Assembly (NCBI GenBank): GCA_963665145.1
Contig: OY762064.1
Span: forward strand, 1,480,479-1,544,478
DNA length: 64,000 nt
DNA from: Gammaproteobacteria bacterium
GTDB lineage: Bacteria; Pseudomonadota; Gammaproteobacteria; Steroidobacterales; Foliamicaceae
Direction: 5' to 3'
Below the pieces are notes generated by a model that worked only from the letters and a program-made list of their open reading frames with translations, did no database searches and was not told the DNA's origin. Shown here in pieces: positions 41,801-51,912 of the stretch. The position numbers and the translations under genes are program-made. Each line of letters begins with the position of its first letter. Position 1 is the stretch's first letter.

Positions 41801-42468
41801 CGCATGTGCTGCTGATAGAGCTTGCCTGCCTCGGCAAGCGGCTGATACAGCGCAATCGCCCGATCGGGGCGGCCCAGCAGCGCCAGCACGACGGCAGCCT
41901 GGTTGCGGAAGTCCTGGTCGCGCTGCGACGCCAGTTCTTCCAGGGTCTCGACATTGCGCGCACTGACTTCCATCATCGCCAGGCGCACTCGGATCAGCCA
42001 TTGCTCGTCGCTCTCCCCGTAGGCCTCGGCGGCGCGCTGATACCAGTCCCTCGCAGAGTCCTCTTCCCCGCCCGCGTCCAGCAGGCGGGCCTTCAACAGC
42101 AGTGCTTCGCGGGTGGGGGAGCTCTCAAGCGCCTTGTCCGACGAGACCACCGCCTCCTCGATTGCGCCGTCGCGCCATTGCAGGTGGGCAATCGCCAGGT
42201 GACAGGCGGCCTGACCTTCGGGACTCAGCGCCACTCCGCGTGCGTAGGCCCGCAAACGCGCTACCGCGCGGTCGATACCGTCGCCACTCAGAACCGTCTC
42301 GCGATACACCGCGGCGAGCTTGTCGGGATCGAAGCGCTCTGCGGTCTCCAGGGAAGCGATGAGTTCGGAAAGAGCGGTGGCGGCGTGGGCCGGTGGGGGA
42401 GCAATGAGGAAGGCGCAAACGACCGCGAGCGCGAGGCCCTGGGAAAGCGCGCGTCTTGCAGAGGTCAT
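35809..42468 (-). CDS. Giant (~2220 aa) exported TPR / alpha-solenoid protein
   Basis: Signal peptide from ATG 42468; many TPR-like helical pairs (e.g. AVEAYRRALVEQPQNSDNLLLLA, SRVFYNRALNVNRDSLDLLHKTG); no catalytic motif recognised. Confidence 0.75.
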   Translation of the reverse strand: MTSARRALSQGLALAVVCAFLIAPPPAHAATALSELIASLETAERFDPDKLAAVYRETVLSGDGIDRAVARLRAYARGVALSPEGQAACHLAIAHLQWRDGAIEEAVVSSDKALESSPTREALLLKARLLDAGGEEDSARDWYQRAAEAYGESDEQWLIRVRLAMMEVSARNVETLEELASQRDQDFRNQAAVVLALLGRPDRAIALYQPLAEAGKLYQQHMRLSEWALKAESHDLAREQAWLGYATAPVRADRLYALSLLAESYRTAGEQDLLLEDLAQRDPDDQDLLRLRVETLIETEDYHQAIRLYEQLEGSEADIAERRRLVALYEAAGDTDAMVREYRRMMDAEPDQVQWYDGLAAHYLNVADNEAALAVWETLEARNAASAGVLVEGARLMLEMGFVDESVEMVEGHLQAHGPDVGALLFLFETWLNRGQDEPALNALVRLEDFLPADAAELVDLADAYERLSRPEEALRVFEAIRDTRGELGYDDQMRLAWLYTLVDRKQEALDLWRDIWVGVESPARRSFAESQLLLLAAELGALGDMAVELEGMLIEGTANRNHMNLLVRIYTESGDKLSATEIIDEYAVEMGEDEVGHQQLLAQVYMLLEDYPSHDKALRRLYEIDPENRIDHIKSIIINLLTFDLATETNERVEEIQRWIGELRQVDEESVTGEFEASIFSMAGFADRAVEAYRRALVEQPQNSDNLLLLADEMDNNGRSDEAVAILQFFAENAVEDNEFVVAVDGLLNLIGTTTFFQQPDPEVQDTLDWTKRVILERIAGRANKFYLYELLADIAREKGDTEASFVALENSLAEAGLRRPAVLRELLTMATPNTGFGGFSTGGGDIERQLKYGRRLVGLRQQLPPEVYIDVGKSLLAKEDVSGAERAFEMIDDITGMIDIDRTKAEIFEESGYDEQSRVFYNRALNVNRDSLDLLHKTGFLYEVIGREDVAFKRYMQAISDVLRRQSTVLAAGARPVDPNSWQAIMNQRTDTTVSREYREHYASLEQGLLLSWPEDADESEAAAAQLKALFETELGNVLDRAEDELLPLARYARLDRTARLIRKVGFFLDDPDLAHYADRKLLDRFAGDEEFAKHLVLAYGEAGRPLPQGVPIDEEDSALAALSPLRRQLALAGKREDFETQLQLLRLDGATDEVETLLGERILDGKFREGLGYALGLLGESEFRRLALATSSKLLEEPDAFKSLVGSNLDMLLKAEEVAGQPLVPPEKVIELLLDPSPGDQPTNPLGFNDTSGFWKYLQERGSTKDRIRYFRNALERSASGGGIFRGFGGALDAFRPLLKEQLTAGQRGEIADMVIEFLSGLETNDDSALYTVAQAVMVVDAREENAQVLYRVSDYVGNRWPNLPDARPFLEAMYAGRTDEAFRLIVEMEENMPSPQGFPMRFYAPGLDEALERTRSRILEQILAGEAVPLELARAAYEREFSSRFSYRLPSAERLGRQDRVLDKMLSLDPDPSRYRADQINVWLNLGNADRAGEAIAEEYQATSDNDAWRLAHFLFFRSQQRFEEALQVAADGGPDFSDPAIAQQAMIRQSRSPGSLGNIIRKLQSMQTIEAASGSVSQSSGLMALGAPGTQQRRKGPVQRLGEALNAGDHDDGRQALREAWRSLLAPRNSPYGLPPGNTPLAFLASRLLNSPMPQPGKKATTNSSGGFFSGAAFIMVPAVSSRAQTSDAMGEEAPQPRMLFDAIAEAPYGAAEIDGFLRAMPDRTRTGFGQLYEYLANASDEDLRLQELWKRLNVGRITDHEFTLWMLLRDQKKVEFGPGGLEEFENRLAAMSDPSPHQLLLAARVLATAGAVQQAVDYYRLVAARRIEHKEYAEQQRFFFGMPGAPPSPANLLELITEVSARLPSEAAREVLDSVLILARRAEEIPGAELLFDAYLLASLEKVYTPQEAIAQTRRRFPGVLDLPEKLYESGAAKAAELARTYARAGDLDGATGILGAMLMEAGPGALSEEELGNPQRFMRAQAASTLSLLYGLPAVTQPYQYDDRGFTAAQEVLRRQKRLFPMGEEDWPGISEWIGAASDALLGWLAAGQVSQDEALRLLVPLGMRQLRDVGPEADSDILARILESVEAAGSPLSAESLVMLASLAEAGGGSMPIELVAGIFEEGRLPWQQQLTLLRLYQDSDEGARLLELVREHGLDRGLGMMRVLHTIAQRSEDTDYASDLQERIEREEAAEKALLPDEEEEAQTIAMATP

Positions 42469-42482
42469 TACTGCATCCACCC

Positions 42483-44978
42483 TCAGCTCGGCCAGCGGCG
42501 GTAGGTGATGTCCGCCAGGTAGGCGAGCAGGGCCGCCAGCAGCAGCCACGGCCACAGCCGCGTGACGTCGCCTGCCTGCAGGCCGCCGCCCGCGCGAATC
42601 TGCGCCGCGTCGCCGCCGGTCAACACGGCTCCGCCGGTTAGCGCCGCCAGTTCTTCCAGGTCAAGCGCCCGCGCCGGATCAACCTGGGTTTCGCCGAAGC
42701 GGTCCGAAAACGGCGCCAGCGCAATGCGCTGCGCACCCGGGCCTCGGTTCGGCCGCACCACAAACCGTATCGCTTCTTCAGGGGCGAAGGAAAAATCCGC
42801 CTCAAACAGTCCGGGCGCCGTCTCGATCAATGCGGGAGAAGCGTCGGAAACTTCGTCGCCGGCGTCATTCACCAGCAGCGCGACCGGCGCCAGCAGCGGG
42901 TCGTTGTCATACCTGCGGACGCTCAATTGCGCCCGCTCGCCGCGGCGCTTGAGCTCCAGCTTGAACGGTTCCTGGTCCGAGGCAGTGCGGGCCACGATGC
43001 GGCCCAGGAACTCGGCGTAATCCGCCCATTCGCGCCAGCTCTCGGTGCCCTGGCCGGCCGGCTCGGTCATCAGTGCCGTTACCCGGCCGAGCCCGTACCG
43101 CCAGGACGACAGCACCGGGTAGCGGGCGCCGGCGACCCGTAGCAGCATCTCCGCTCCGTCGCGCGGTTCCACCTGTGCATAACCGTCCAGCGGCGGCAAT
43201 GAAGAGGAATCCACCGGGCCCCACCAGCCCTGACCGCTCAGTCCGTCCAGCGAAAAGCTGCCGCGCTTGTAGCGGACCGCCTTGCGCACCGTGGGGCGCT
43301 TGAGTATCAGTTCCACAAGGCCGAACTGATTGCCCACGCCATAGAAACGGCCCTGGCCCCAGTTGGCGATGTCGGACATGACCAGGTTGTGGCCGCCCTG
43401 CCCCACAAGAATGGTGGACACGTTGATGTTGTCGCGCGAAATGCTGCGCACCATGGCCTCGTAGTTGGCGTCCTCAACGCCCGCGTCGGTCACCAGGATG
43501 ATGTGCTTGAAACGGGTGTTGATGTTCTTGAGCCCGTAGTAGGCCTCCTGGATCGCCGGAAACAGCACCGTGCCGCCGATGGCCTTCATCCGGCCGATGG
43601 CGCGATCGATCTCGATCTTGTTGGACGCCGGCTGCATCGGCACCGCCCAGTGCTTGGCGCCGTAGAACTCGACGATTCCGATGCGGTCGTGGGGCTGCAG
43701 CCGGCGCACGGCAATACGGGCGATCTGCTTGGCCAGCTCGATGCGGGTCCCACCCATGGAGCCGGAGGTGTCGAGAATCAGCGCCAGCCCCACGCTGGGG
43801 TCGCTGATGTCGTCTTCGCCGGTGATCTCGACCGGGAGCAGGTCGGCGACCGGCGTCCCGAAATAGCCGCCATCGGCAAAGGAAGCCTCGCCGCCGCTCA
43901 TCATCAGCCCCAGTCCCCGGTCCACCACGGCGGCGCCCAGGTTCGCCTGGAACTCCTCGGAAAGCATGCGTGCAGGCACGTCGTCCAGCATCACCAGCTG
44001 ATACGGCTCCAAATCCGTATCGCCGCCTGTTTCCGCAGGATCGGCCGTGTCGATTTCATGCCCTGGGCCAAGAATCTCCGCCAGCCTCTCCGACGCGCCC
44101 TCCTGGCGTGAACCCAGGTAGAGAATGCGCAGCGGCGTCTGTATCGCGGCGACCGCCTGCAGGCGATTGTTGCCGGGATCATCGCCGGCGCCCGATGCGA
44201 CCACCAGTTCCGCCGTCACGTCCAGAAAACCCGGGTCCCCGGCCTCGAAGTCCACCTCAACGAAGTGCCGGCCCTCTCCCTGGAAGGGTTCGGACCGCGC
44301 CAGTTCCTCTTCGCCTGCCTTCAGCACCAGTTGCATCTCGGCGTTCGCTCCCATGACCTCGGCCATGCCCCGCAACGATTCACCGGGGCGGGCGGCGCCG
44401 AAGCTCAGCCTGGCGGGGAAGGGGTCGGAAGAAGAAGCGCCTGGAATGAACACATGCACAGGTATGTCCCGCTCGGCCAACTGCGCGGCCGCCCCAGGCC
44501 AATCGCGGCTGGTGGCCAGCCCGTCGGAAATCAGGACCACCGATCCCCGTTGCGCCCGCGGGATCGACTGGGCCGCAATCTCCAGGGCCTGGGCAAGCGG
44601 CGAGGCGTCGTTCGAGCCCGGCACAATCCGCCTCGCACCGGTATCGTCCCCGGGACTCTCAGCGCCGCCCTCGCCCAGGCGAATCATCGTGGCGTCGCCG
44701 CGCTCGTCCAATTCAGACAGCAGCGACGTGGCCGCCTGGGCCCCACGGCTGCGTGCCGGCGGAGGCATGCTGGCGGTCTCGTCGAGCACCACCACGTGAC
44801 GCTCGTCCTCCACCTCAAGTACCGCCACGGGCTGCATCAACGCCGCAATCAGCAGCACGAACAAGAGCGTTCGAATTGCCCCATGCCAGGGCGTGCGAGG
44901 CCGGGAGGGCCAGAACCACAACGCCGGCACGGCCAGCAGCAACAGCGCGGCGAGTGGATAGGTAATGGAAACGGTCAT
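42483..44978 (-). CDS. Membrane-anchored VWA protein with a GATase1-like domain
   Basis: N-terminal TMs; LDETASM / LISDG; YQLVMLDDVPA...GGEASFADGGY; MIDAS DTSGSMG...VTDAG; SWRYGLGRV; C-terminal TM. Confidence 0.8.
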   Translation of the reverse strand: MTVSITYPLAALLLLAVPALWFWPSRPRTPWHGAIRTLLFVLLIAALMQPVAVLEVEDERHVVVLDETASMPPPARSRGAQAATSLLSELDERGDATMIRLGEGGAESPGDDTGARRIVPGSNDASPLAQALEIAAQSIPRAQRGSVVLISDGLATSRDWPGAAAQLAERDIPVHVFIPGASSSDPFPARLSFGAARPGESLRGMAEVMGANAEMQLVLKAGEEELARSEPFQGEGRHFVEVDFEAGDPGFLDVTAELVVASGAGDDPGNNRLQAVAAIQTPLRILYLGSRQEGASERLAEILGPGHEIDTADPAETGGDTDLEPYQLVMLDDVPARMLSEEFQANLGAAVVDRGLGLMMSGGEASFADGGYFGTPVADLLPVEITGEDDISDPSVGLALILDTSGSMGGTRIELAKQIARIAVRRLQPHDRIGIVEFYGAKHWAVPMQPASNKIEIDRAIGRMKAIGGTVLFPAIQEAYYGLKNINTRFKHIILVTDAGVEDANYEAMVRSISRDNINVSTILVGQGGHNLVMSDIANWGQGRFYGVGNQFGLVELILKRPTVRKAVRYKRGSFSLDGLSGQGWWGPVDSSSLPPLDGYAQVEPRDGAEMLLRVAGARYPVLSSWRYGLGRVTALMTEPAGQGTESWREWADYAEFLGRIVARTASDQEPFKLELKRRGERAQLSVRRYDNDPLLAPVALLVNDAGDEVSDASPALIETAPGLFEADFSFAPEEAIRFVVRPNRGPGAQRIALAPFSDRFGETQVDPARALDLEELAALTGGAVLTGGDAAQIRAGGGLQAGDVTRLWPWLLLAALLAYLADITYRRWPS

Positions 44979-44990
44979 CTCTGGTTGACC

Positions 44991-46712
44991 TTAGGGAATC
45001 ATCCCGCGCTGGTACGCGTACCACTCGAAGGCCAGGAGCGCCAGCGCCGCAAGGATCAACAGGAGGGCAAGAAGCGACGGACCAGCAAGGCCGGCCCCTG
45101 TCGGAGAGAAAGCGGGCAGTTCCACACCCTGCTGTCCGCCAGTCACGGCGGTGCTCAACAGCGACACCGCATAGCTTTGTTCAGCGCCGGCCGATTCAAG
45201 CATGCCGGCCCGCCGCGGCGCCAGCTCTGCGCCAAGCATGCGGGTCGCGCTGTTCCCCGGACCCGCCAGGGCGAATTCCAGGGATTCCTCGGCTGCGAAC
45301 CGGCCCGCGGCAAGATACGCATAGACGGGGTCTTCCTCCGCCAGCCAACGCGCGGCGCGGGAAATGAACAGCGGGAAAGCGCGCGACGCCGTGAAGTTGA
45401 AGCGATCGTCGAGCAGTTCCAGCCACACGGATATATTCCTGGACTCGTCGGGCGATGCCTGGACGCCCACCGGACGGCCCGCCTCGGCAGCCAAGCCCGC
45501 GCCGTCGATCAGGTACAGGCCCAGACCCTGCAGGCTGTCGCGCAGGGCCAGTTCCGCATCCAGATCGCCGGAGAATCGAATATCGAAGGCGGCCTCCTGC
45601 TCGTTCATGGGCGCGAACTCGAGCGCAGGCAGATCGCCGCCAAACGACTCTCCAGCCTGCCGAAACACCAGTTCGGCATCGTCTTCAGCCAGCAACAGGC
45701 CAGGGTCCGCGCCGACCGCGTCCGCCACAACGGGCCCCAGCATGGCCGACACGGCCACCTTGAGTTCGCGACGCTCGGGCAGGCGCAACTGCGCCATGTC
45801 GTCGGCCGGCAAGGAGTCGGACTCGGCGACCCGGGCCTCGAGCAAACCGCCGGCAGCCGGAACATCACGTATCGCCACGCCGTCGGGTGGAACGTTCTCG
45901 ATGTCGAAACCCTCAAGAGGCGCACCGTCAAGGGTGAGCACCATGTCGCCGGGGACCGTGCTCAGGTTCCCGGTGGCGGCCATCCGCACCAGCACGTCCA
46001 CCGCGTCCCAGCGCCCGGACACGGCGGTTCCCAGGCCCATGCCGACGATGCCGCGGTTCGGTCCCAATTCGTCGAATCCCTCGGCGCGTTGCAACTGCAC
46101 GTTTTCCCCAAGCCCATCAATCGCCTCGGCGCTCACCGGCGCGCGGCCGTAAATCACGAGCCGCACCGCGTCCGAATAAGCACCCGGCAACGCCAGGAGG
46201 TCAATCTGTTCCTGCACCGCGGACGGCGCACCCTCGGGCTCAAGCCCCTCGACCCGGCGGTCAAAAAGCAGGCCATCCTCGCCTGCGTTCAGCAGCTTGA
46301 GGTTCCAGGCCCCGCCCCAGATGACTTCCCGCCGCTCCGCCGGCAGATTCCGCAGGTCGTCGCGCACCCTTTCAATGGCGCGTTCGAGGTCGCCCGGGGC
46401 GGACATGTGAGCCGATCCGTCGAGGAACAGCACGTGGTATTGGCCGCTCTCCGGGTCCTCTACGCGGGGTTCGGCCAGGCCCAGCCAGAGCAGCCAGCAG
46501 ATCAGGAGGCTCAACAGGTACGCCAGCCAGTGGCGGAAACGGCGGCGGAATACGCGCACCGGTGCATCGCGCGCCGCTTCCCGCCAGAACATGGCGGTGG
46601 GCACGCCGATTTCCGTGTAGCGGATGCGCAACTGCTGCAGCACATACAGCAGCCCCGCCAGGGCGGCGGCGCCCCCCAGCAGCAACGGCAATGACAGGTT
46701 GGTGAAATTCAT
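44991..46712 (-). CDS. BatA-like N-terminal double-TM / VWA-like protein
   Basis: LLLGGAAALAGLLYVLQ...VPTAMFW; LFLDGSAHM; C-terminal TM ALLAFEWY. Confidence 0.72.
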   Translation of the reverse strand: MNFTNLSLPLLLGGAAALAGLLYVLQQLRIRYTEIGVPTAMFWREAARDAPVRVFRRRFRHWLAYLLSLLICWLLWLGLAEPRVEDPESGQYHVLFLDGSAHMSAPGDLERAIERVRDDLRNLPAERREVIWGGAWNLKLLNAGEDGLLFDRRVEGLEPEGAPSAVQEQIDLLALPGAYSDAVRLVIYGRAPVSAEAIDGLGENVQLQRAEGFDELGPNRGIVGMGLGTAVSGRWDAVDVLVRMAATGNLSTVPGDMVLTLDGAPLEGFDIENVPPDGVAIRDVPAAGGLLEARVAESDSLPADDMAQLRLPERRELKVAVSAMLGPVVADAVGADPGLLLAEDDAELVFRQAGESFGGDLPALEFAPMNEQEAAFDIRFSGDLDAELALRDSLQGLGLYLIDGAGLAAEAGRPVGVQASPDESRNISVWLELLDDRFNFTASRAFPLFISRAARWLAEEDPVYAYLAAGRFAAEESLEFALAGPGNSATRMLGAELAPRRAGMLESAGAEQSYAVSLLSTAVTGGQQGVELPAFSPTGAGLAGPSLLALLLILAALALLAFEWYAYQRGMIP

Positions 46713-47620
46713 ATCTCGATGCTGCCCGCCTCGAAGGCCGCGGCAAGCTGCGGCAGCACGTCCTCATCCGTATTCAGCCGCAGAAACGCAGCGCCACGAC
46801 CAGTGGCGAACTGCGTGAGCCGCTCATTGAAATCGTTCACGATGGCGCGATAGCTGGCGAGGATGGCGGGGTTAAGCGACACGTCCACGGCCTCGCCGGA
46901 CTCGCAGTCGCGTAACCGAACGTCGCCGCGCATTTCACGGCGGCCCGCCGGATCCAGGTCGTGGTTGCCGATCAGTTGCACCAGGAGCAGCTTGTGGCGG
47001 CTTTGGCCCAGTGACTCAAGGACCGCATCCAGTCCCGCCGGATCGTAGAAATCGGAAATGACCACCAGCAGTCCACGCCGCAGGCCAAGGCTTCCGACGC
47101 CGTTCACGGCCTGGGCCAGTTCGGTAGCGCCCTGCTCGTCGAGCACCGCCAGGCGCTCGGCTACTCGCATCAGCCGGCCGTGCCCGGAAGCGTTCCTGAG
47201 TTTCATTTCCAGGTCGCCGGAGAACGAGAACAGCCCCACGCTGTCATGCTGTGAAAGGCTGATCGAACTCAGGGCCAGCGCCACCTTGAGGGCCACGCCG
47301 ATCTTCGGCGCGGCCTCGAAATACATGCTGCTCGACCGGTCCACCAGCAGGTAGACGGGCAGTTCCTGCCGCTCCTCGAACACCTTGACCACCACGCGGC
47401 CAAGGCGCCGGTAGATGTTCCAGTCGATGGTGCGGGTATCGTCGCCGGGCACGTAGGCCTTGTAGTCGGCGAACTCCAGTCCGGCGCCCTTGTCCTTCGA
47501 GAGCTGCTCGGCGTGACGCCCGCCGCTGATGATCCGCCGCGCCCACAGGCTGAATCCCTGGAGCGCGGTCAGGAACTCCGTGTCAAAGATTTCCTCTACG
47601 GTAGGAGCCGCTGCCGGCAT
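46709..47620 (-). CDS. DUF58-family protein (MoxR-associated, VWA-like)
   Basis: GLEFADYKAYVPGDDTRTIDWN; LLVDRSSSM; VVISDF. Confidence 0.9.
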   Translation of the reverse strand: MPAAAPTVEEIFDTEFLTALQGFSLWARRIISGGRHAEQLSKDKGAGLEFADYKAYVPGDDTRTIDWNIYRRLGRVVVKVFEERQELPVYLLVDRSSSMYFEAAPKIGVALKVALALSSISLSQHDSVGLFSFSGDLEMKLRNASGHGRLMRVAERLAVLDEQGATELAQAVNGVGSLGLRRGLLVVISDFYDPAGLDAVLESLGQSRHKLLLVQLIGNHDLDPAGRREMRGDVRLRDCESGEAVDVSLNPAILASYRAIVNDFNERLTQFATGRGAAFLRLNTDEDVLPQLAAAFEAGSIEI

Positions 47621-47646
47621 GGGCCTGTCTCCCGGCGGTCAGCAGG

Positions 47647-48668
<1,022 letters not shown>

Positions 48669-48672
<4 letters not shown>

Positions 48673-50183
48673 TCGTCTTCCTCCGGCGCTTGTTCGCCAT
48701 TCGTTCGCTGTGCAATGAAATAGTTTCGTACCACGTCCCGGCTCAACGGCGGGATCTCGCGGTGCAGGGTGTGGCCGACCGAGCCGTCGCGGGCGGGCCG
48801 ATCCCGGGCGAGCGCCGGCTCGGCCTGATGCTCTTCGGCGCGGCCCTGTTCGCTCTGAATCTTCATGCGTCCGGGATTGACCTTGCCCTGCAGGTAGTCG
48901 GGCAATGGCACGCCCAGCAGCATCGCGGCCACGCCGCGGGTCTTCTTCAAGCCGCCGGGGCCGCCGCGGCCGTTCAGGTCGTCGCGCTCCTGATCACTGT
49001 CGGCGGAAGGAGTCAGGGACCGGTTGACGGGCGCCTTGCGCTGGTTGATCAGCGGCTTGCTGGCGGAACCCGCCTTCTGCTCCTCGTCTTCCTCCTCGTC
49101 GCCGTAGTCGGAGTCGCCTTCCGGTTCCGGCTGCTGGGTCTTGTCCTGGGCCGAAGCATGATCCGATGCCGCCATGCGCCCGCCGGACATTTCGCCCTTG
49201 CCGCCCTGAAGGCCCGCAGATTCCTTCGGCTCATCGGGAGGGTCCTTCGGCGGCTCCCTGGGTTTTTGCTTGGACTCCTTCTTCCTGGACTCTTTGTTGT
49301 CCTGCTCCTGCTGTTCCGAGCGCTGACCCGAGGCGCCCGACTGGGCCTGACGCGCCTGGTTGCTGCGCTTGGCATCCGAGCCGGCGGCGCTGCGGTCGGA
49401 GGACTGGCGCCGGGTGGAGAGTTCGCGCATCTCGAGCTCGCTCGGACGGGCCTCCGCCTGGGACTTGGGGACCTCGACTTCCGTGTTGCGCCTGGCTGCC
49501 ATGGAGGTGGGACGCGGGCGCAATGGATCGGGCAGAACCTGCGTCAGGACCGAATCGTCGCGCAGGTCGCCGGGAATCGCCTCGGCGACCAGCGTCTCGC
49601 TCAAAGCCGCCTCGGAGGCTGAATACTGGCCCATCCACAGGGCGGCAGCCAGCAGCACGGCAGCCAGCAGGCCCAGTTTGCGGTGAGGCGGCATGAGGTC
49701 CGGGCGACGGATCACGAGCGGCGGCAGCTTGCGTTCCAGGGCGGTCTTTGCATGACCCCGGGCGTCCTCCACGGCCGCTTGTTCAAAATCGCTGCGATCG
49801 GCTTTGCGCAGATACTGGTCCGCCGCCTGAAGACGGTCCTTGAGGCCCAGTTCGCGGTCGTAGAGCGCCAGGCACATCCGCCGGTCGACCCGATGGCGCG
49901 CAAACTCAAACAGCACGCAGGCCGCAACCGCAAGGACGGGCAAGGCCAGGGCCGTCACTATCGTCATCAAGAATCCGAAAGGCCACAGGCTGGCTGCCGC
50001 CACTGTGTCGATCAATACGCAAAGGAGGATGGCGCCGCTGACGCACAGCGCAGCGGGGAACAGAACCTGCAGGTACCGGTCGCAGGCGCAACGCAGCACC
50101 CAGCGCTTCAGCCGCCTGGCGCCCGCCGCAGCAAGCTGATTCAACTGGCTGTGCAGACTATCGGGCGATGGACCTGCGACCAT
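48669..50183 (-). CDS. Hypothetical membrane protein with a long polar low-complexity region
   Basis: Three N-terminal TM-like segments; Q/S/E/K/P-rich central region; C-terminal EIPPLSRDVVRNYF. Coupled to moxR by an ATGA overlap. Confidence 0.65.
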
Positions 50184-50213
50184 GGCGCCTACCCTTTGTG
50201 AAAAGAGAAGGGA

Positions 50214-51746
50214 CTAGCGGCCGGCTTCCACCAACAGAGGATCGTCCTTGTCCAGCAGAGGCTTGAGACGCTCCATGCCGGCCCGGGCGCTTTCCTTGAT
50301 CACCGGCGGGCCTTCTACCAGCGGCGACGCCGCACGCTCATAGCTCGAATAGGCGCGTCGGTGGCGACCCAGCGCCTCGTATACGCGGCCCAGCTCGTGG
50401 CGTACCAGGCTTTCCTTCTCGGGATCGCCGCTGAAGCCGGCCGCCAGGAAGTACTTCCAGGCCTGTTCCGCATCGCCCGCCTGCAGATAGCGGTCGCCCA
50501 GGACCAATTGCAGGTCCTGGCGCAGCGCGGGATCGTCGGAGCGGGAGATGTATTCCAGGGCTTCCTCGGCCAGCGCCATGATCAGGTCCGAGCGCGCGTC
50601 CCGGTCCTCCGCGACGAACAGCGGCTCCAGCGTCTGCTTCAGCCAGTCCGCCTTCATCCGCTCGATGGTCGCGGTGAGACGGTAGCCAACGGCTTCCATC
50701 TGCTCTGCTACGGATGCTTCCTGCTCAAGCCCCAGCGCAAACAGCAGTTCGGCCGCCTCGGCGACGTTGCGGTCCTCGGGGTTGCTCTGGTGGTACGACC
50801 GCAAGGCTTCACGGTCTCTGGAAACGGCTGCGGAATAGAACTCAAAATCGGCCTCGGAGTAATTGGTGTTCACCACCGGCTCCAGCGCCAGATAGCCCTG
50901 CAGCGGATTGATCTCCAGCTTGAATGCGGTCCACAGGCTCAATCCGGGCACGACCAGCCAGTCGGACGAAAGGCCCGGGTCCTCGGAGAAGTCGGCAGGG
51001 AACAGCGCGGCCATGCCGGAAAGCGGTATACGTTGATCACCGCTGCCGAACTGGATGTCCGGCACGTCACCGAACGGATAACCCAGCCCGCCGGCCAGCG
51101 CCGCATTGACGTAACTGTGATATCCCGCGGTATTGAATGCCATCAGGGAACGATCCTTTTCGCCGATGCTCAAAGGCGCGAGCACCCGGCCATCATCCGT
51201 TGTGCGCAAACCCGTGATGATCGATTGCGCCCATAGCCGGGCGTTTGCTACGTCGGCCTCTGCGGCAGGCGTAAAGGAAACTTCACCTTCGGACAGGTTC
51301 ATGCCCAGCGCGAACTGCCGCAACACCGGGCCGCCCAGGATGGCCGACACGTCGACGTCCTTCAGTTCGACCGAGTATTGGCCGCTCAGGTTCTTCAGAA
51401 ACAGCGTGCATTCGGACGATGCCTGGACGCCTTCCTTTGGCACTTCAATGCGCAGTCCGTCAGCCAGGATCTTGATGGTTTCCTCGCCTTCGCCGAATTC
51501 CACGGCGCCGAGAATGCAGTTGTAAATCCGCAGTGGCTGATCATCGTTGTAGTCGAGCACCAGGTGCGTTTCCTTGTGGAACTTCTCGGTACTGAGCACC
51601 ACGCGCACCAGGACATGATCGCCGACCACCCTGGCCTCGGCAGTGCCGCCCTGGGAGGCCCCATCCTGCGCGGCTGCCGGCTGCGCCAGCCATGCGAAGG
51701 ACACGAAAAGAAAAACGGCCGCTGACCGCAGTGGATTCAGTCTCAT
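50214..51746 (-). CDS. Exported protein with two retropepsin-like lobes (degenerate catalytic motifs) and C-terminal TPRs (paralog A)
   Basis: RBS GGGAG; signal peptide; HLVLDYND and ILGGPVLRQF; MAFNTAG and VVPGLSLW; TPR LVRHELGRVYEALG. Confidence 0.6.
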   Translation of the reverse strand: MRLNPLRSAAVFLFVSFAWLAQPAAAQDGASQGGTAEARVVGDHVLVRVVLSTEKFHKETHLVLDYNDDQPLRIYNCILGAVEFGEGEETIKILADGLRIEVPKEGVQASSECTLFLKNLSGQYSVELKDVDVSAILGGPVLRQFALGMNLSEGEVSFTPAAEADVANARLWAQSIITGLRTTDDGRVLAPLSIGEKDRSLMAFNTAGYHSYVNAALAGGLGYPFGDVPDIQFGSGDQRIPLSGMAALFPADFSEDPGLSSDWLVVPGLSLWTAFKLEINPLQGYLALEPVVNTNYSEADFEFYSAAVSRDREALRSYHQSNPEDRNVAEAAELLFALGLEQEASVAEQMEAVGYRLTATIERMKADWLKQTLEPLFVAEDRDARSDLIMALAEEALEYISRSDDPALRQDLQLVLGDRYLQAGDAEQAWKYFLAAGFSGDPEKESLVRHELGRVYEALGRHRRAYSSYERAASPLVEGPPVIKESARAGMERLKPLLDKDDPLLVEAGR

Positions 51747-51890
51747 TGATCTGTCTCCCGACTCACTCAAGATACATCTACCGATGTCCCCGTTGGATGG
51801 ATGCGCCGCCTGCACGAAACGTTGCAATCCTTGCCGCGGGGACCACTTGCCATTGAACCACTATTAGGTTACCTGAACCTTGCGTAAGGC

Positions 51891-51912
51891 CCTGGGAAGG
51901 AGGGCTCCCGGG
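51891..51912 (+). repeat. REP-like copy (CCTGGGAAGGAGGGCTCCCGGG) abutting the stop of paralog B
   Basis: The first 16 nt match the consensus CCTGGGAA[CG]GAGGGCT. Confidence 0.55.

Noticed and set aside
39037-46694. Long plus-strand ORFs (920 aa and 809 aa) opposite the TPR and VWA genes
   Set aside because: Antisense shadows of codon-biased genes; no signal, motif or RBS support.
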